A DNA stretch of 41,034 nt from an uncultured Candidatus Competibacteraceae bacterium (GTDB lineage Bacteria > Pseudomonadota > Gammaproteobacteria > Competibacterales > Competibacteraceae). The DNA is taken from positions 1-41,034 of the forward strand of contig CAIRZE010000118.1 in assembly GCA_903882995.1 (NCBI GenBank), written 5' to 3'. This document shows positions 18,672-30,846 of this stretch, piece by piece. The position numbers and the translations under genes are program-made. Numbering within the stretch: the first letter of the stretch is position 1; every line of letters starts with the position of its first letter. Below the pieces are notes generated by a model. It had not been told where the DNA came from. It saw only the letters and a program-made list of their open reading frames with translations, and did not search any database.

Positions 18672-21293
18672 TTAACAAACTAGGTTGATCAATTTGCCGG
18701 GAACAACTATCGTCTTCAGGACGCTTCTGCCTTGGATAAACTGGTTCACGTTAGGCGCATCCTGCGCAGCCTTCTTGATGACCTCAATCTCAGTGCCAGC
18801 CGGCACCTCAATCTTTCCGCGCAGCTTACCGTTTACTTGCACAACCATAGTTACCAGCGTCTTCTCCAGAGCTGCTTCATCTGGCTCTGGCCATGCAGCA
18901 TCTAGTACATCCTTACCATATCCTAATTCTCGCCATATCTTATGGGTAATATGTGGAATAATTGGTGATAGTAAGCGCAGTAACATACTTAACCCCTCAC
19001 GACGCAAGGAATTACTTGCATCACTGCTGTATTCCATTTTCCCCAAAGAGTTCAAAATTTTCATGCCACCAGCAATTACCGTATTGAATCTATAGCGATT
19101 GAAATCCAACAATGCTTGTCTCAATGCATTATGAATTTCATACCGTACGGCTTTTAGAGGCTCAGTCAAAATATTTGTATTCAATACGCTAGCAGTTCGG
19201 ATGGCATCCTGGTGCTCTGCAGCATATATCCAGATACGCCGCAAAAATCGGTATGCTCCAGATAACCCAGCATCAGACCATTCTAGATCTTGTTCTGGTG
19301 GAGCAGCAAACATGATGAACAGTCTAGCAGTATCGGCACCAAATTTTTTGATCAAGGTCTGTGGATCTACCCCATTTTTACGGGATTTGGACATAGTACC
19401 GATACCACCATACTCGACAGGCAGGTCGTCTGAAACGTCTATGACACTTGCTATTTTTCCATGTACATCATGGCTTATCTTTATATCATCTGTACGATAG
19501 TAGTTAATACCACTCTTTTCTCCTTTACGGAAAAAAATATGGTTCAGTACCATACCCTGAGTAAGCAGATTAGTGAATGGTTCAGAGATCTTAATCAACC
19601 CTAGATCACGCATAAATTTAGTACAAAAACGAGCATATAGCAGATGCAAAATGGCATGTTCAATACCACCAATATATTGATCTACCGGCATCCAATAGTC
19701 GACTCTCTTGTCTAAGATCTTATCTGCATCTGGAGCACTATAGCGCAAAAAATACCAGGAAGAATCTACGAAAGTATCCATTGTATCTGTCTCCCTCCGT
19801 GCAGGATTGCTGCACTTTGGGCAGGCACAATTCAGGAATTCATTATGCTTATCAAGCGGATTTCCAGAACCGTCTGGTATGAGATGTTGAGGTAACACAA
19901 CTGGTAATTGCTCATCTGGTACTGGAATTGCACCGCATTTTTGGCAATGAATAATTGGGATTGGGGTTCCCCAGTAACGTTGGCGTGAAATACCCCAGTC
20001 ACGTAACCGCCAAGTGACCTTCTTCTCACCTAGTCCTTTAGAAATTAGGTCTGCAGTAATAGCATCTACCGCTCGGTCAAAATCAAGACCATCGTATTTA
20101 CCAGAATTGACGCAGACGCCATGTTCAGAATATATATCTTGCCAAACAACTGGTGTTTCATCACTAGCACATGTATGGATCACAGGCTTAATAGGCAATC
20201 CAAATTGCTGGGCGAAGGAAAAATCTCTCTCATCATGTGCAGGTACTGCCATCACTGCACCTTCACCGTATCCCATTAACACGTAATTAGCTACCCACAG
20301 TGGTAAACTTTCATTGGTGATAGGGTGATATACAGTAAAACCAGTAGGCATACCCTTCTTATCCTGAGTTGTTAATTCAACTTCAGTGACACCACCTCGT
20401 CGACATTCTTTGATGAAATTTGCTAATTCTGAATTGCTATTAGCAGCATATAATGCCAGAGGATGTTCAGCAGATACTGCAATATATGTCACACCTAAAA
20501 GTGTATCAGCGCGTGTGGTGAAGACCCATAGAATACCAGATAGATCAATCTCTACAACTCCAGGTACAGTTGATGGCAATTGGTAAGGGAACCCAATCCG
20601 AACTCCGTGGCTTTTGCCAATCCAATGTTTCTGCATCAACTTAACCTGTTCTGACCAACCTGACAGTTGCTCAAGCTCATCTAGCAGTTCTTCTGCATAC
20701 CTTGTTATTGCCATGTAATACATGGGAATCTCTTTCTTTTCCACTATTGCGCCGGTACGCCAACCCCGCCCGTCGATTACCTGCTCGTTTGCTAAAACAG
20801 TCTGATCTACTGGATCCCAATTGACTAATCCAGTTTTCAGATAGATGATCCCTCTTTCTAACATCCGTAGGAATAACCATTGATTCCAACGATAATACTC
20901 ACGCTTACAGGTTGCCAGCTCACGATCCCAATCTATAGCTAATCCTAGTGACTGTAATTGCTTCTTCATATAAGCTATGTTGTCATAGGTCCACTTAGAT
21001 GGCGCGACGCCACAAGCCATCGCAGCGTTCTCAGCTGGCAGTCCGAATGCATCCCATCCCATCGGTTGTAAGACATTCTTTCCCAACATTCGCTGGTGTC
21101 GAGCGATCACGTCTCCAATAGTATAATTGCGCACGTGGCCCATATGTAAACGCCCACTTGGATATGGAAACATACAAAGGCAGTAAAATTTATCGCGGCC
21201 CGGCTCTTCACATGTCGTAAAGGACCGGTGTTTTTCCCAATAACTTTGGGCTTCAGCTTCAATGAGTTGTGGATTATAAGACTCAGATATCAC
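18672..21293 (-). CDS. leuS: Leucine--tRNA ligase
   Basis: [49 protein letters not shown]. Confidence 0.98.
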   Translation of the reverse strand: MISESYNPQLIEAEAQSYWEKHRSFTTCEEPGRDKFYCLCMFPYPSGRLHMGHVRNYTIGDVIARHQRMLGKNVLQPMGWDAFGLPAENAAMACGVAPSKWTYDNIAYMKKQLQSLGLAIDWDRELATCKREYYRWNQWLFLRMLERGIIYLKTGLVNWDPVDQTVLANEQVIDGRGWRTGAIVEKKEIPMYYMAITRYAEELLDELEQLSGWSEQVKLMQKHWIGKSHGVRIGFPYQLPSTVPGVVEIDLSGILWVFTTRADTLLGVTYIAVSAEHPLALYAANSNSELANFIKECRRGGVTEVELTTQDKKGMPTGFTVYHPITNESLPLWVANYVLMGYGEGAVMAVPAHDERDFSFAQQFGLPIKPVIHTCASDETPVVWQDIYSEHGVCVNSGKYDGLDFDRAVDAITADLISKGLGEKKVTWRLRDWGISRQRYWGTPIPIIHCQKCGAIPVPDEQLPVVLPQHLIPDGSGNPLDKHNEFLNCACPKCSNPARRETDTMDTFVDSSWYFLRYSAPDADKILDKRVDYWMPVDQYIGGIEHAILHLLYARFCTKFMRDLGLIKISEPFTNLLTQGMVLNHIFFRKGEKSGINYYRTDDIKISHDVHGKIASVIDVSDDLPVEYGGIGTMSKSRKNGVDPQTLIKKFGADTARLFIMFAAPPEQDLEWSDAGLSGAYRFLRRIWIYAAEHQDAIRTASVLNTNILTEPLKAVRYEIHNALRQALLDFNRYRFNTVIAGGMKILNSLGKMEYSSDASNSLRREGLSMLLRLLSPIIPHITHKIWRELGYGKDVLDAAWPEPDEAALEKTLVTMVVQVNGKLRGKIEVPAGTEIEVIKKAAQDAPNVNQFIQGRSVLKTIVVPGKLINLVC

Positions 21294-21389
21294 AGTTATT
21301 ACCTAACTTCAAAATGATATTTAGTAAGATAACACAACTTTCTTAAAATGAGCTGTCGTAACCACAAATTGCAACAGAGGTATCCGTCT

Positions 21390-22445
21390 GTGAATGACCA
21401 GATGCTAAACTCCATTCACCTTAGTTACCTAGACGCTGGAGTCGATATTAATGCTGGTAATCAGCTAGTAGATCGAATTAAACCGTATACTAAGCGCACT
21501 AAGCGCACTGGCGTAGTGAGTGAATTAGGCGGATTCTGTGCACTATTTGAATTACCGTTGCATCGGTACAATCAGCCAGTGCTAGTATCTAGTACTGATG
21601 GTGTAGGTACCAAGCTAAAGCTAGCAATAGAGTTAAAGATGCATAATACAATTGGCATCGATTTGGTGGCTATGTGTGTTAACGATGTGTTGGCAGTAGG
21701 CGCTGAACCTTTATTCTTTCTAGACTATTTTTCCACCGGTAAACTCGACGTCGAAATAGCTACAGAAGTTATAAAAGGTATCGCTGACGGATGTGAACAA
21801 GCCGGCATAGCTCTAATTGGCGGAGAAACCGCTGAGATGCCTGGGATATATCAAAAAGGCGATTATGATCTAGCTGGTTTCTGCGTTGGTATAGTAGAAA
21901 AGACTCGTATCATTGATACTAATATGGTTCATATTGGTGATGTATTGCTTGGTCTTGCTTCTTCAGGACCACATTCTAATGGATATTCTCTGATACGTAA
22001 GATTTTGGAGATCAGCGGCGCACAACTCGATCAACCTCTAATAGCGGGTACTACAATCGGTACTGCGCTACTAGCACCCACCCGTATCTATGTTAAACCT
22101 ATATTAGCATTATTAGCACAGATGGAAGTCTGTGCCATCATCCACATCACTGGCGGCGGTCTAATAGAAAATCCACCTCGCGTGCTCCCAACAAACACCA
22201 AAGCAGTTATCAATACAACCTGTTGGCAGCAGCCCGCTATCTTCCAGTGGTTACAAAAACAGGGTAGAGTCACGGATTCTGAGATGCGGCGTATCTTTAA
22301 CTGTGGAATAGGACTTATTATCTGTGTTCCAGAAAATGCGGTAGATACAGCATTAGCATCATTACAAGCAATGGGCGAAACTGCTTGGCGAATTGGCTAC
22401 ATTGCAGAAGGTGTCGGAGAACCGTTCGTAGAATTTCAATTATGA
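21390..22445 (+). CDS. purM: Phosphoribosylformylglycinamidine cyclo-ligase
   Basis: [30 protein letters not shown]; GTG 21390 with GAGG SD is the likely start. Confidence 0.96.
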   Translation: MNDQMLNSIHLSYLDAGVDINAGNQLVDRIKPYTKRTKRTGVVSELGGFCALFELPLHRYNQPVLVSSTDGVGTKLKLAIELKMHNTIGIDLVAMCVNDVLAVGAEPLFFLDYFSTGKLDVEIATEVIKGIADGCEQAGIALIGGETAEMPGIYQKGDYDLAGFCVGIVEKTRIIDTNMVHIGDVLLGLASSGPHSNGYSLIRKILEISGAQLDQPLIAGTTIGTALLAPTRIYVKPILALLAQMEVCAIIHITGGGLIENPPRVLPTNTKAVINTTCWQQPAIFQWLQKQGRVTDSEMRRIFNCGIGLIICVPENAVDTALASLQAMGETAWRIGYIAEGVGEPFVEFQL

Positions 22446-23125
22446 GTATAGTTCAAAAGATCAGACTGGTTGTGTTAATATCAGGGCGTGGCAGCAACCT
22501 ACAAGCGATTCTTGATCAAGCTGCTAATGGTACACTTCCAGTTGAGGTCAATGCCGTTATAAGTAATCGCCCTGGTGTCCTAGGCCTAAAGCGTGCCCAA
22601 CAAGCAGGCGTTCCAGCTTTGGAGCTGGATCATAGAGGATTTGCTGACCAAACTTGCTTTGAATCATCACTGATTAAATTAATAGATCGATATAAACCAG
22701 ACCTGGTGATTCTAGCAGGATTTATGAGGATATTAACAGTTGCTTTCACCAAGCATTACCAGGGCAGGTTACTAAATATCCATCCTTCCTTATTACCAAA
22801 ATTTAGGGGATTGCACACACACGAACGTGCTCTCGCTGCTAGGGAAGTCGAACATGGTGCTAGCATTCATACAGTTAACGCCGAATTAGATAGCGGACCA
22901 GTCATCATCCAAGTACGGGTTCCGATATTACTTGGTGATGATCACTTAACACTAGCAGCGCGGGTGTTAGAGCAAGAGCATCGCCTATATCCCAAAGCAA
23001 TCCAATGGCTTGCAGAGGGAAGGCTGAAATTAGATAAAGAACTTGTATTATTTGACGGCTACCAATTAGAAAAGCCATTGCAATTGGAAAACAATTCTGT
23101 ATACATTCGTTCAGACGCGCCCTGA
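22442..23125 (+). CDS. purN: Phosphoribosylglycinamide formyltransferase
   Basis: [34 protein letters not shown]; ATG 22442 overlaps purM stop. Confidence 0.96.
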   Translation: MSIVQKIRLVVLISGRGSNLQAILDQAANGTLPVEVNAVISNRPGVLGLKRAQQAGVPALELDHRGFADQTCFESSLIKLIDRYKPDLVILAGFMRILTVAFTKHYQGRLLNIHPSLLPKFRGLHTHERALAAREVEHGASIHTVNAELDSGPVIIQVRVPILLGDDHLTLAARVLEQEHRLYPKAIQWLAEGRLKLDKELVLFDGYQLEKPLQLENNSVYIRSDAP

Positions 23126-23161
23126 AAATCTATACATAAACTGAATAAATCGCATAAATAA

Positions 23162-23749
23162 TTATTCACCACTACTATAAATCCGGCTCGGAGTTGGACC
23201 ACTTTGGTGTTTATATTTAGCATCCTTTTGTTTGTAATATGGTCGGCTAGCAGGGGCTGTTAAAGTTTCGAAACTGATTGCACAAATTGCCATGCCAGGG
23301 CGTAGAGCAAGTGGCACCTTCCCACTGTTGTAAAATTCTAGGACAATCGAACCGCTCCAACCAGGATCAATACGATGTGCTGTAACATGAACCATCAATC
23401 CTAATCGAGCTAGGCTGGAACGACCATCTAACCAGCCAACTAGATCATCAGGCAAGGTTATTCTCTCGACAGTAGAGGCAAGAGATAACTCCCCAGGATG
23501 GATGAAAAATGCCTCATCAGACCCGATTATTATCTCATTACTCATAATACAATCAATAGCCTGATTAACAGATTCACGAGAGCTACTGAGATCTATATAT
23601 GGAACGGCATGATCGTTAAAAACTCTAAAGCCACTACCCAGATGTAAATCTACACTTACTCCATTAATGCTTGCTGACGACGGAAGAGGTTCGATCCGGA
23701 TCTTACCTGTATCCAAACAACTCTCAATATCAAAGTCACACAGTCGCAA
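23162..23749 (-). CDS. dcd: dCTP deaminase
   Basis: LRLCDFDIE (TTG with GAGG SD), [29 protein letters not shown]. Confidence 0.95.
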   Translation of the reverse strand: MRLCDFDIESCLDTGKIRIEPLPSSASINGVSVDLHLGSGFRVFNDHAVPYIDLSSSRESVNQAIDCIMSNEIIIGSDEAFFIHPGELSLASTVERITLPDDLVGWLDGRSSLARLGLMVHVTAHRIDPGWSGSIVLEFYNSGKVPLALRPGMAICAISFETLTAPASRPYYKQKDAKYKHQSGPTPSRIYSSGE

Positions 23750-23759
23750 TTTTTTTCCC

Positions 23760-24128
23760 TCTATTTTGATATGAGCAGGCACCACTCCACTGCCCACCTA
23801 ATTTTAAATTATATATGAGCTTGGGACGCGGATCTGTATACATCATAAATTCATTATCCATTCATTCTTCTGCAACTCTTATACCTAACTCCTTTATAGT
23901 AATAATGACTACATACGGTTTGGTAGCGGTAGAGATAAGCCGGTCTTATAACAGTGCAGTGGTACATATCTTTTTCTTATACATGCCACTTGTAGGAACA
24001 CAATGGCATCTTGTAGCAGCATCCGCACCATAATTAAACATCGTAGTAGTTATGCTAATAAAGAATGCTAATAATCCTGATTTAATCTCTATACCACTAC
24101 GATAAAATCCTCTCATTAAATAGATCAA
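23760..24128 (-). pseudogene. Candidate decayed exported protein gene
   Basis: A single frame of ~120 codons with two internal stops and a signal-peptide-like start (GLLAFFISITTTMFNYGADA); family not recognised. Confidence 0.3.
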
Positions 24129-24237
24129 GTTCAGTAAAATAACAATGTACTGGAGAAACTATTAGCCTAATGAGGGGGAAACTGTAACATAGAAGTTACG
24201 GTGAGAGCTACCTCCTCCTATATGGAGATGCTCTGGC

Positions 24238-24276
24238 ACCACATGAAATTCATAACTACCACATGAAATTCATAAC
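24238..24276. repeat. Tandem duplication, 2 x ACCACATGAAATTCATAAC (period 20)
   Basis: Direct read of sequence: 24238-24256 and 24258-24276 identical. Confidence 0.95.
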
Positions 24277-24518
24277 CATGATCACAATCCCTGATTGGGA
24301 TAGAGATACAGCCAATAAACCGTATACGGCACACGGCACTTACGCGCGTTTTAAGCCTTGAAAATCAGATCCATATCAGATCCATAGTATTTAAGAGACG
24401 ACAGAGCAAATAATAAGACCCACATTCCAATATAGATGCTCACACCGGTAGAAATCATCTGCATATATCTTTAATTTTAGAGAGCAAAATCATCACATCA
24501 GGTAATATGACAGAATCT

Positions 24519-25610
24519 CTATGTATTCTGAATGGTTATTTTGGGGAATTTGCGACTGTAATCCTTTGCCTGCAGAGCAAGCCTGGCAACCGCACGCAGT
24601 GCTATATCTCGATACAACCTAGCAATAAGACCATCTGGTTTCGATATGACTGTTGGCTGACCATTATCAGTTTCTTCCCGAATGCTCTTATCTAAAGGTA
24701 ACGCTCCTAAGAATACAGAATTGTTTTCTGTTGCCATACGTTTACCGCCTCCAACTCCGAAGATATGCTCTTTGTAACCGCATTTCGAGCAAATGTGGAT
24801 GCTCATATTCTCTACTATACCAAGTATAGGAACTTCCACTTTTTCGAACATCTTCAACCCTTTTCTTGCATCTAATAGGGCGATATCCTGTGGGGTGGTA
24901 ACGATGATTGCTCCGCTAACTGGCACTTTCTGTGCTAAAGTCAGATGAGTATCTCCCGTGCCAGGTGGTAAGTCAATGATTAGGTAATCTAGATCCTGCC
25001 ATCTGGTGTCATGTAGCAATTGCCCTAATGCCTGAGTTACCATAGGTCCGCGCCATATCATCGGCATTTCTTCTTCTATGAAATAACCGATTGACATTGA
25101 TTGAATGCCATAGCTGATGATAGGGTCAAAAAACTTACCATCTGATGAAGTTGGCCTTTTTTTTACGCCCAGCATTCTGGGCTGACTGGGCCCATAGATA
25201 TCGGCATCCAGTAGCCCAACTTGCGCGCCTTCTAAACTCAACCCAAGTGCTAAATTGACGGCTATAGTTGACTTACCAACGCCTCCCTTTCCAGAAGCTA
25301 TCGCTATGATGTTCTTAACTCCCTGGAGAGGTTTAAGACCACGCTGTACTCCATGACAAACAATCTTGCTATCAACCGAAACTAAGATGTTGTTAACCCC
25401 TACCCCTAATGATTCCCATAACCTGTCACGTATGGTATCGACTAGCACCTTTCGATAACCTGCCGATGGAAATCCTAATTCTATATCAATCTCAATCCGG
25501 CTGTTATTAATATATATACGACGTACAGATTTAGTAGTAATTAAGTCCAGTTTTAAATAAGGGTCCACATAACCCCGAATGGCATTTTCTACATCTGTTT
25601 GAGTTACCAT
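24519..25610 (-). CDS. apbC: Fe-S cluster carrier ATPase ApbC/Mrp
   Basis: ASGKGGVGKST, DADIYGPS, WRGPM, DLPPGTGD, GIVENMS..IC..CG; start ATG 25610. Confidence 0.95.
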   Translation of the reverse strand: MVTQTDVENAIRGYVDPYLKLDLITTKSVRRIYINNSRIEIDIELGFPSAGYRKVLVDTIRDRLWESLGVGVNNILVSVDSKIVCHGVQRGLKPLQGVKNIIAIASGKGGVGKSTIAVNLALGLSLEGAQVGLLDADIYGPSQPRMLGVKKRPTSSDGKFFDPIISYGIQSMSIGYFIEEEMPMIWRGPMVTQALGQLLHDTRWQDLDYLIIDLPPGTGDTHLTLAQKVPVSGAIIVTTPQDIALLDARKGLKMFEKVEVPILGIVENMSIHICSKCGYKEHIFGVGGGKRMATENNSVFLGALPLDKSIREETDNGQPTVISKPDGLIARLYRDIALRAVARLALQAKDYSRKFPKITIQNT

Positions 25611-25792
25611 GATTATGGTATTTCCTCTGCAACAAATAAATAGAGTGTTTAACTTTGCGATCTTACTGGTACAATCAACGGAATGTTCACTGTACCAAGC
25701 AAGGAATATAGGCACAATTCCGTTATATAATATTTACTTTGCAATGCTGCTAGCATATTCATGCTCATATTAACTACTGCAATATCCTTTAC

Positions 25793-27451
25793 ATGATCAA
25801 TCAAAATAATATACGCCGCATCTTAGTCACTAGTGCACTACCCTATGCAAATGGCCCGATTCACATAGGCCATTTGTTGGAGTATATCCAGACTGATATT
25901 TGGGTCAGGTTCCAAAAAATGCGCGGCCACGAATGCTATTATATCTGTGCTGATGATGCACATGGCACTCCAATTATGCTGCGTGCAGAACAGGATAAAA
26001 TATCTCCTGAACAGCTTGTAGAACAGATCTGGCAAGAACACCGTGCTGATTTTACCGATTTTCTGATTGATTTTGATAATTACCATTCTACTCATTCACC
26101 AGAGAATCGCTACTATTCTGAATTAATTTATCAGCACTTGAGTGAACGTGGTCATATCAGTCGTCGGACAATCAAGCAAGCCTACGATCCGGAAAGGAAG
26201 ATGTTTCTTCCGGATCGATTCATTAAAGGAGAATGTCCATTTTGTAGTGCACTCGATCAATATGGGGACAGCTGTGAAGCTTGTGGTGCTACCTATTCAC
26301 CCGCTGATCTGAAAAATCCTCACTCGATGCTTTCTGGTGCCACGCCTGTAACTAGAGAATCTCTACACTTTTTCTTTAAGCTGTCTAATTTTGAGACTAT
26401 GTTGAAAGATTGGATCGTAAGCGGTCCAGTGCAACCGCAGATGGCTAACAAGCTCAAAGAATGGTTTAATTCTGGGTTAAAAGAATGGGATATCTCTCGT
26501 GATGATCCCTATTGGGGATTCGAAATACCAAATGCACCCGGAAAGTATTTCTACGTTTGGCTAGATGCGCCTATTGGCTATATGGCCAGTTTTCAGAACT
26601 ACTGCAACCGTACTGGTATTTGTTTTGACGACTTTTGGCAACCTGATAGCAAAGCCGAATTATATCACTTCATCGGTAAAGATATTGCTTACTTCCATAT
26701 CCTATTTTGGCCAGCTGAACTCACTGGTGCCGGCTTCCGCAAACCAACGGCAGTAAATTGCCACGGCCATTTAACTGTAGATGGCCAGAAAATGTCTAAG
26801 TCTAGGGGCACCCTAATTAAGGCTCGTACCTACCTGCAACATTTACAGCCTGAGTATCTGAGATATTACTTCGCTACTAAGTTAGACGATGGTATCGATG
26901 ATATTGATCTGAATTTCAAGGATTTTATGCAACGTATTAATAGCGATCTAGTTGGAAAGCTGGTAAATATCGCTAGCCGTCTTACAGGCTTCATCACACG
27001 CTACTTTGACAGCCATTTATCTGACAACCTGGCAGAACAGGAACTCTATACAGTTTTCGTCGATGCTGGAGATTCAATTGCTCAAGCATATGAACAGCGA
27101 GAATTTGGCCGGGCGATGCGTGAAATTATGGTACTTGCTGACCGGGCGAACTATTATATAGAAGAAAAAAAACCTTGGTTATTAGTTAAACAAGCTGCAG
27201 CTGAGAATGAACTAAAGGCAGTTTGCAGCACTGGTCTGAACCTTTTTAGGGTATTAACCATTTATCTGAAGCCTGTATTACCGCACTTAGCTATTAAAAT
27301 TGAAGAATTTATGCAAATCCCACCATTACACTGGAGCGACATCCGTAACCCACTACTTAATCATACTATCTCTGAATTCAAACCACTTATGCAACGGGTA
27401 GAACAGACGCATATCACAGCAATATTGAGTGATGTTGGCAAACTTAAGTAA
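25793..27451 (+). CDS. metG: Methionine--tRNA ligase, short form without C-terminal tRNA-binding/dimerisation domain
   Basis: [13 protein letters not shown], zinc knuckle CPFC...[19 protein letters not shown]; ends at 552 aa. Confidence 0.97.
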   Translation: MINQNNIRRILVTSALPYANGPIHIGHLLEYIQTDIWVRFQKMRGHECYYICADDAHGTPIMLRAEQDKISPEQLVEQIWQEHRADFTDFLIDFDNYHSTHSPENRYYSELIYQHLSERGHISRRTIKQAYDPERKMFLPDRFIKGECPFCSALDQYGDSCEACGATYSPADLKNPHSMLSGATPVTRESLHFFFKLSNFETMLKDWIVSGPVQPQMANKLKEWFNSGLKEWDISRDDPYWGFEIPNAPGKYFYVWLDAPIGYMASFQNYCNRTGICFDDFWQPDSKAELYHFIGKDIAYFHILFWPAELTGAGFRKPTAVNCHGHLTVDGQKMSKSRGTLIKARTYLQHLQPEYLRYYFATKLDDGIDDIDLNFKDFMQRINSDLVGKLVNIASRLTGFITRYFDSHLSDNLAEQELYTVFVDAGDSIAQAYEQREFGRAMREIMVLADRANYYIEEKKPWLLVKQAAAENELKAVCSTGLNLFRVLTIYLKPVLPHLAIKIEEFMQIPPLHWSDIRNPLLNHTISEFKPLMQRVEQTHITAILSDVGKLK

Positions 27452-27767
27452 AAATTATCTAACAACGCCTACCATAGGCAGCCTATATCCACTATTTTAT
27501 CGCTTTTATCATGATCGAAGTCACTAGAATTAGTTTCCAGTTACAAAATCAGAAAATTCACTACAGATATTACGATCTCTATTCTGTTTTTCAAAATCTC
27601 TCAAACAATTAGATGGATATTCAATCACAATTGCTTAGATGCGTCTTTCATTTAATAATATTACTAGATACCGCATGCTAGTCACCAACCAACTACATAT
27701 GGACCATCACTCGCAGTGTTTATTTTAATAATTAGATTAGTGTATTTATGTTAGTGCGGGTTATCTA

Positions 27768-29048
27768 ATGTTCAACATTTCCACTGTTTCTATTGGTATT
27801 GTTGGTCTCGGTTACGTAGGTTTGCCATTAGCAGTTGAATTCGGAAAAATTTGTCCAACTTTCGGTCTAGATATCAACGAGAACCGTATTCGGGAACTTC
27901 TAAGCGGTGTTGATAGAACATTAGAAATTACATCAGATGAACTAGATGAAGCTAGTATGTTACATTATACCAGTTGTCCAGATGATCTGATACACTGTAA
28001 TGTGTATATTGTCACGGTTCCTACCCCAGTTGATGACTATAAACGACCGGATTTCAGGCCGCTAATAAATGCTAGTACCACTGTTGGTAGACTACTGACA
28101 GTAGGAGATGTTGTAATCTACGAATCTACGGTCTATCCAGGTGCCACCGAAGAGATTTGTATACCTATTTTAATGCAACAATCTAAATTGAGATTTAACG
28201 TAGATTTCTTCGTAGGGTATAGCCCGGAGCGTATTAACCCAGGTGACAAAGAGCATCGTGTGACTAATATCTGTAAAATTACTGCAGGTTCCACCCCAGA
28301 AGTTGCACAATACATAGACGACTTATATAGGCTTATTATTATCGCAGGCACTCACAAGACATCTAGCATTCGAGTGGCGGAAGCTGCAAAGGTCATAGAG
28401 AATATCCAACGGGATGTCAATATCGCCCTGATTAATGAATTAGCATTGCTTTTTTCAAAAATCGGTATCGATACTCAGGAAGTGCTATTAGCGGCTAGTT
28501 CTAAATGGAATTTTCTGGATTTTCAGCCTGGACTAGTTGGTGGTCACTGTATTGGTGTCGACCCCTACTATCTAACTTATAAAGCCCAGACGATTGGATA
28601 TCATCCGGAGATGATACTAGCAGGTAGACGTATTAACGATGGCATGGGTGCCTATGTGGCCTTACGTGTTGTCAAGTTGATGGCACAGAAGGGCATTCAA
28701 CTGGTTAATGCTAAAATTTTGGTTATGGGTCTAGCATTCAAGGAAAACTGTCCAGATTTGCGCAATACTCGCATCATCGAGATCATACGGGAATTTCATG
28801 ATTACAAAGTTGTAAAAGTCGACGTTTACGATCCGTGGGTTAACTGTCAGGAAGCGATACGAGAGTATGGAATTGAGCCTGTTCAGGAGCCAAAACTTGG
28901 TGATTATGATGCCATCATCCTAGCTGTTGCCCATCGTCAATTTCAAGAGCTGGGTGCCAGTCGTATTCGCCAGCTTGGCAAGCGTAATGCAGTGCTATTC
29001 GACGTAAAATATATTCTACCAGCTAGTGAAGTCGACGGTCGTTTATAA
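27768..29048 (+). CDS. UDP-N-acetylhexosamine 6-dehydrogenase (TviB/WbpO family)
   Basis: [48 protein letters not shown]. Confidence 0.92.
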   Translation: MFNISTVSIGIVGLGYVGLPLAVEFGKICPTFGLDINENRIRELLSGVDRTLEITSDELDEASMLHYTSCPDDLIHCNVYIVTVPTPVDDYKRPDFRPLINASTTVGRLLTVGDVVIYESTVYPGATEEICIPILMQQSKLRFNVDFFVGYSPERINPGDKEHRVTNICKITAGSTPEVAQYIDDLYRLIIIAGTHKTSSIRVAEAAKVIENIQRDVNIALINELALLFSKIGIDTQEVLLAASSKWNFLDFQPGLVGGHCIGVDPYYLTYKAQTIGYHPEMILAGRRINDGMGAYVALRVVKLMAQKGIQLVNAKILVMGLAFKENCPDLRNTRIIEIIREFHDYKVVKVDVYDPWVNCQEAIREYGIEPVQEPKLGDYDAIILAVAHRQFQELGASRIRQLGKRNAVLFDVKYILPASEVDGRL

Positions 29049-29090
29049 CTCTAACTCTAATTTAACTAGAAAAGGCAAAGGATCTTAATT

Positions 29091-30110
29091 GTGAAGGTTA
29101 TGGTCACAGGTAGCGCCGGGTTCATTGGTGCCGCTCTATCACAGAAACTTCTAGAACGTGGTGATGAGATTATCGGACTAGATAATCTGAACGAATACTA
29201 TGACGTAAAATTAAAATTAGCGCGCTTGGCACATCTCCAATCCCACTCAAAATTTACTCAAGTACAGGCCAGTATAGAGAACAAGAATGCTATACAAGCA
29301 ACTTTTGCGAGGCATTATCCGCAGCGAGTAGTCAATTTAGCGGCACAAGCCGGTGTTCGTTACTCACTCCGAAATCCACATGCCTACGTTGACTCCAATT
29401 TAGTAGGATTTATAAACATCCTTGAAGCTTGCCGCCGTTATGGAGTTGAGTATCTAGTATATGCTTCCAGTAGCTCAGTATATGGAGCAAACACCAAGAT
29501 TCCGTTTTCTATCCACGACAACGTCAATCATCCAATAAGCCTATACGCAGCTACTAAGAAAGCCAATGAGTTGATGGCGCATGCATACAGCCACTTATAT
29601 GACCTACCGACCACAGGGTTACGCTTCTTTACAGTATACGGACCATGGGGACGACCAGATATGGCCCTATTTAAATTTACGAGAAATATTCTTGTTGGTG
29701 ATCCCATAGATATCTTCAATTATGGTCGTCACAGACGTGATTTTACCTATATAGATGATGTTGTTGAGGTATTAGTACGTGTACTAGATCGGATAGCAAT
29801 GCCCAATCTGCGTTGGGACAGTGATAACCCAGATCCAGCTAGCAGTAAAGCACCATACTGTATATACAATATCGGTAATCACCGGCCTATAGAACTGATA
29901 CGCTATATAGAAGTTTTAGAGGATTGTTTAGGCCGTAAGGCCATCAGAAACCTGTTACCCATGCAAATTGGAGATGTACCAGATACTTATGCTGAGGTAG
30001 ATACCCTTATACAGAACTTAGATTACCAACCTAGTACTAGTACATCAATTGAAGACGGTGTTGCCCGATTTGTTGACTGGTATCTAGACTACTATCGCAT
30101 TAATTCTTAG
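29091..30110 (+). CDS. NAD-dependent UDP-uronate 4-epimerase (Uge/CapI family)
   Basis: TGSAGFIG, LAAQAGVRYS, YAATKK, RFFTVYGPWGRPDMA. Confidence 0.92.
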   Translation: MKVMVTGSAGFIGAALSQKLLERGDEIIGLDNLNEYYDVKLKLARLAHLQSHSKFTQVQASIENKNAIQATFARHYPQRVVNLAAQAGVRYSLRNPHAYVDSNLVGFINILEACRRYGVEYLVYASSSSVYGANTKIPFSIHDNVNHPISLYAATKKANELMAHAYSHLYDLPTTGLRFFTVYGPWGRPDMALFKFTRNILVGDPIDIFNYGRHRRDFTYIDDVVEVLVRVLDRIAMPNLRWDSDNPDPASSKAPYCIYNIGNHRPIELIRYIEVLEDCLGRKAIRNLLPMQIGDVPDTYAEVDTLIQNLDYQPSTSTSIEDGVARFVDWYLDYYRINS

Positions 30111-30834
30111 CTATAACATCCATAACCTGTTTCCATACACATTTACCGCCGTTGCTATCATCTAGCATGTCTAGATAACGATCATGTTCTACTGCTTCCT
30201 CATCGCTAGCGCGAATGACTAAGAGCGGTGGGTAATCGCGTGCTACCTTAGTCATATTAGCCTTATGACCGCGCGTAGATACTACTTGTTCTTTTTCGAA
30301 CATCTTACTCTGCTGGCGTGTCATTGCCAGGTAAACATCTGCTAGAATTTCGGCATCAAGTAAAGCACCATGTAAAGTACGTTGGGAGCTGTCGATGTTG
30401 TAACGCTTACAAAGGGCATCAAGACTATTCCGTTGTCCAGGATGGCGCCGACGCGCTAGTAATAGCGTATCCTCAACTGTACATAATCTTTCAAGTACAA
30501 TCTGACTACGACCGCATAACTGAAACTCATAATTGAGAAAACCTAAGTCAAAAGGTGCATTGTGAATGATTAACTTAGAACCTTGAATAAAGGTAAAAAA
30601 CTCGTCAGCGATATCATTAAATCGTGGTTGAGTTTTGAGAAATTCGCTGGTAATGCCATGTATACGGGTTGCTTCATAGTCAATGTCACGGTCAGGCTGT
30701 AAATAAACATGAAACCGCCGGTCAGTCTGACGGCGGTTAACTAGCTCAATGCAGCCAATTTCAATTACCCGGTGTCCCTGCACAGGGTCTAAACCAGTAG
30801 TTTCGGTATCTAAGACAAGCTGCCGTTCATACAT
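30100..30834 (-). CDS. dnaQ: DNA polymerase III epsilon subunit
   Basis: LDTETTG, HNAPFD, SLDALC, HGALLDAEIL. Confidence 0.96.
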   Translation of the reverse strand: MYERQLVLDTETTGLDPVQGHRVIEIGCIELVNRRQTDRRFHVYLQPDRDIDYEATRIHGITSEFLKTQPRFNDIADEFFTFIQGSKLIIHNAPFDLGFLNYEFQLCGRSQIVLERLCTVEDTLLLARRRHPGQRNSLDALCKRYNIDSSQRTLHGALLDAEILADVYLAMTRQQSKMFEKEQVVSTRGHKANMTKVARDYPPLLVIRASDEEAVEHDRYLDMLDDSNGGKCVWKQVMDVIAKN

Positions 30835-30846
30835 ATCAAATAACTA

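Noticed and set aside
21489-21509. ACTAAGCGC x2 in purM as an insertion
   Set aside because: KRTKRT occupies the same length as the usual PurM segment, so no net insertion is evident
24238-24385. Direct repeats as a degenerate CRISPR array or att site
   Set aside because: Only two adjacent copies each, no spacers, different units, no cas or integrase
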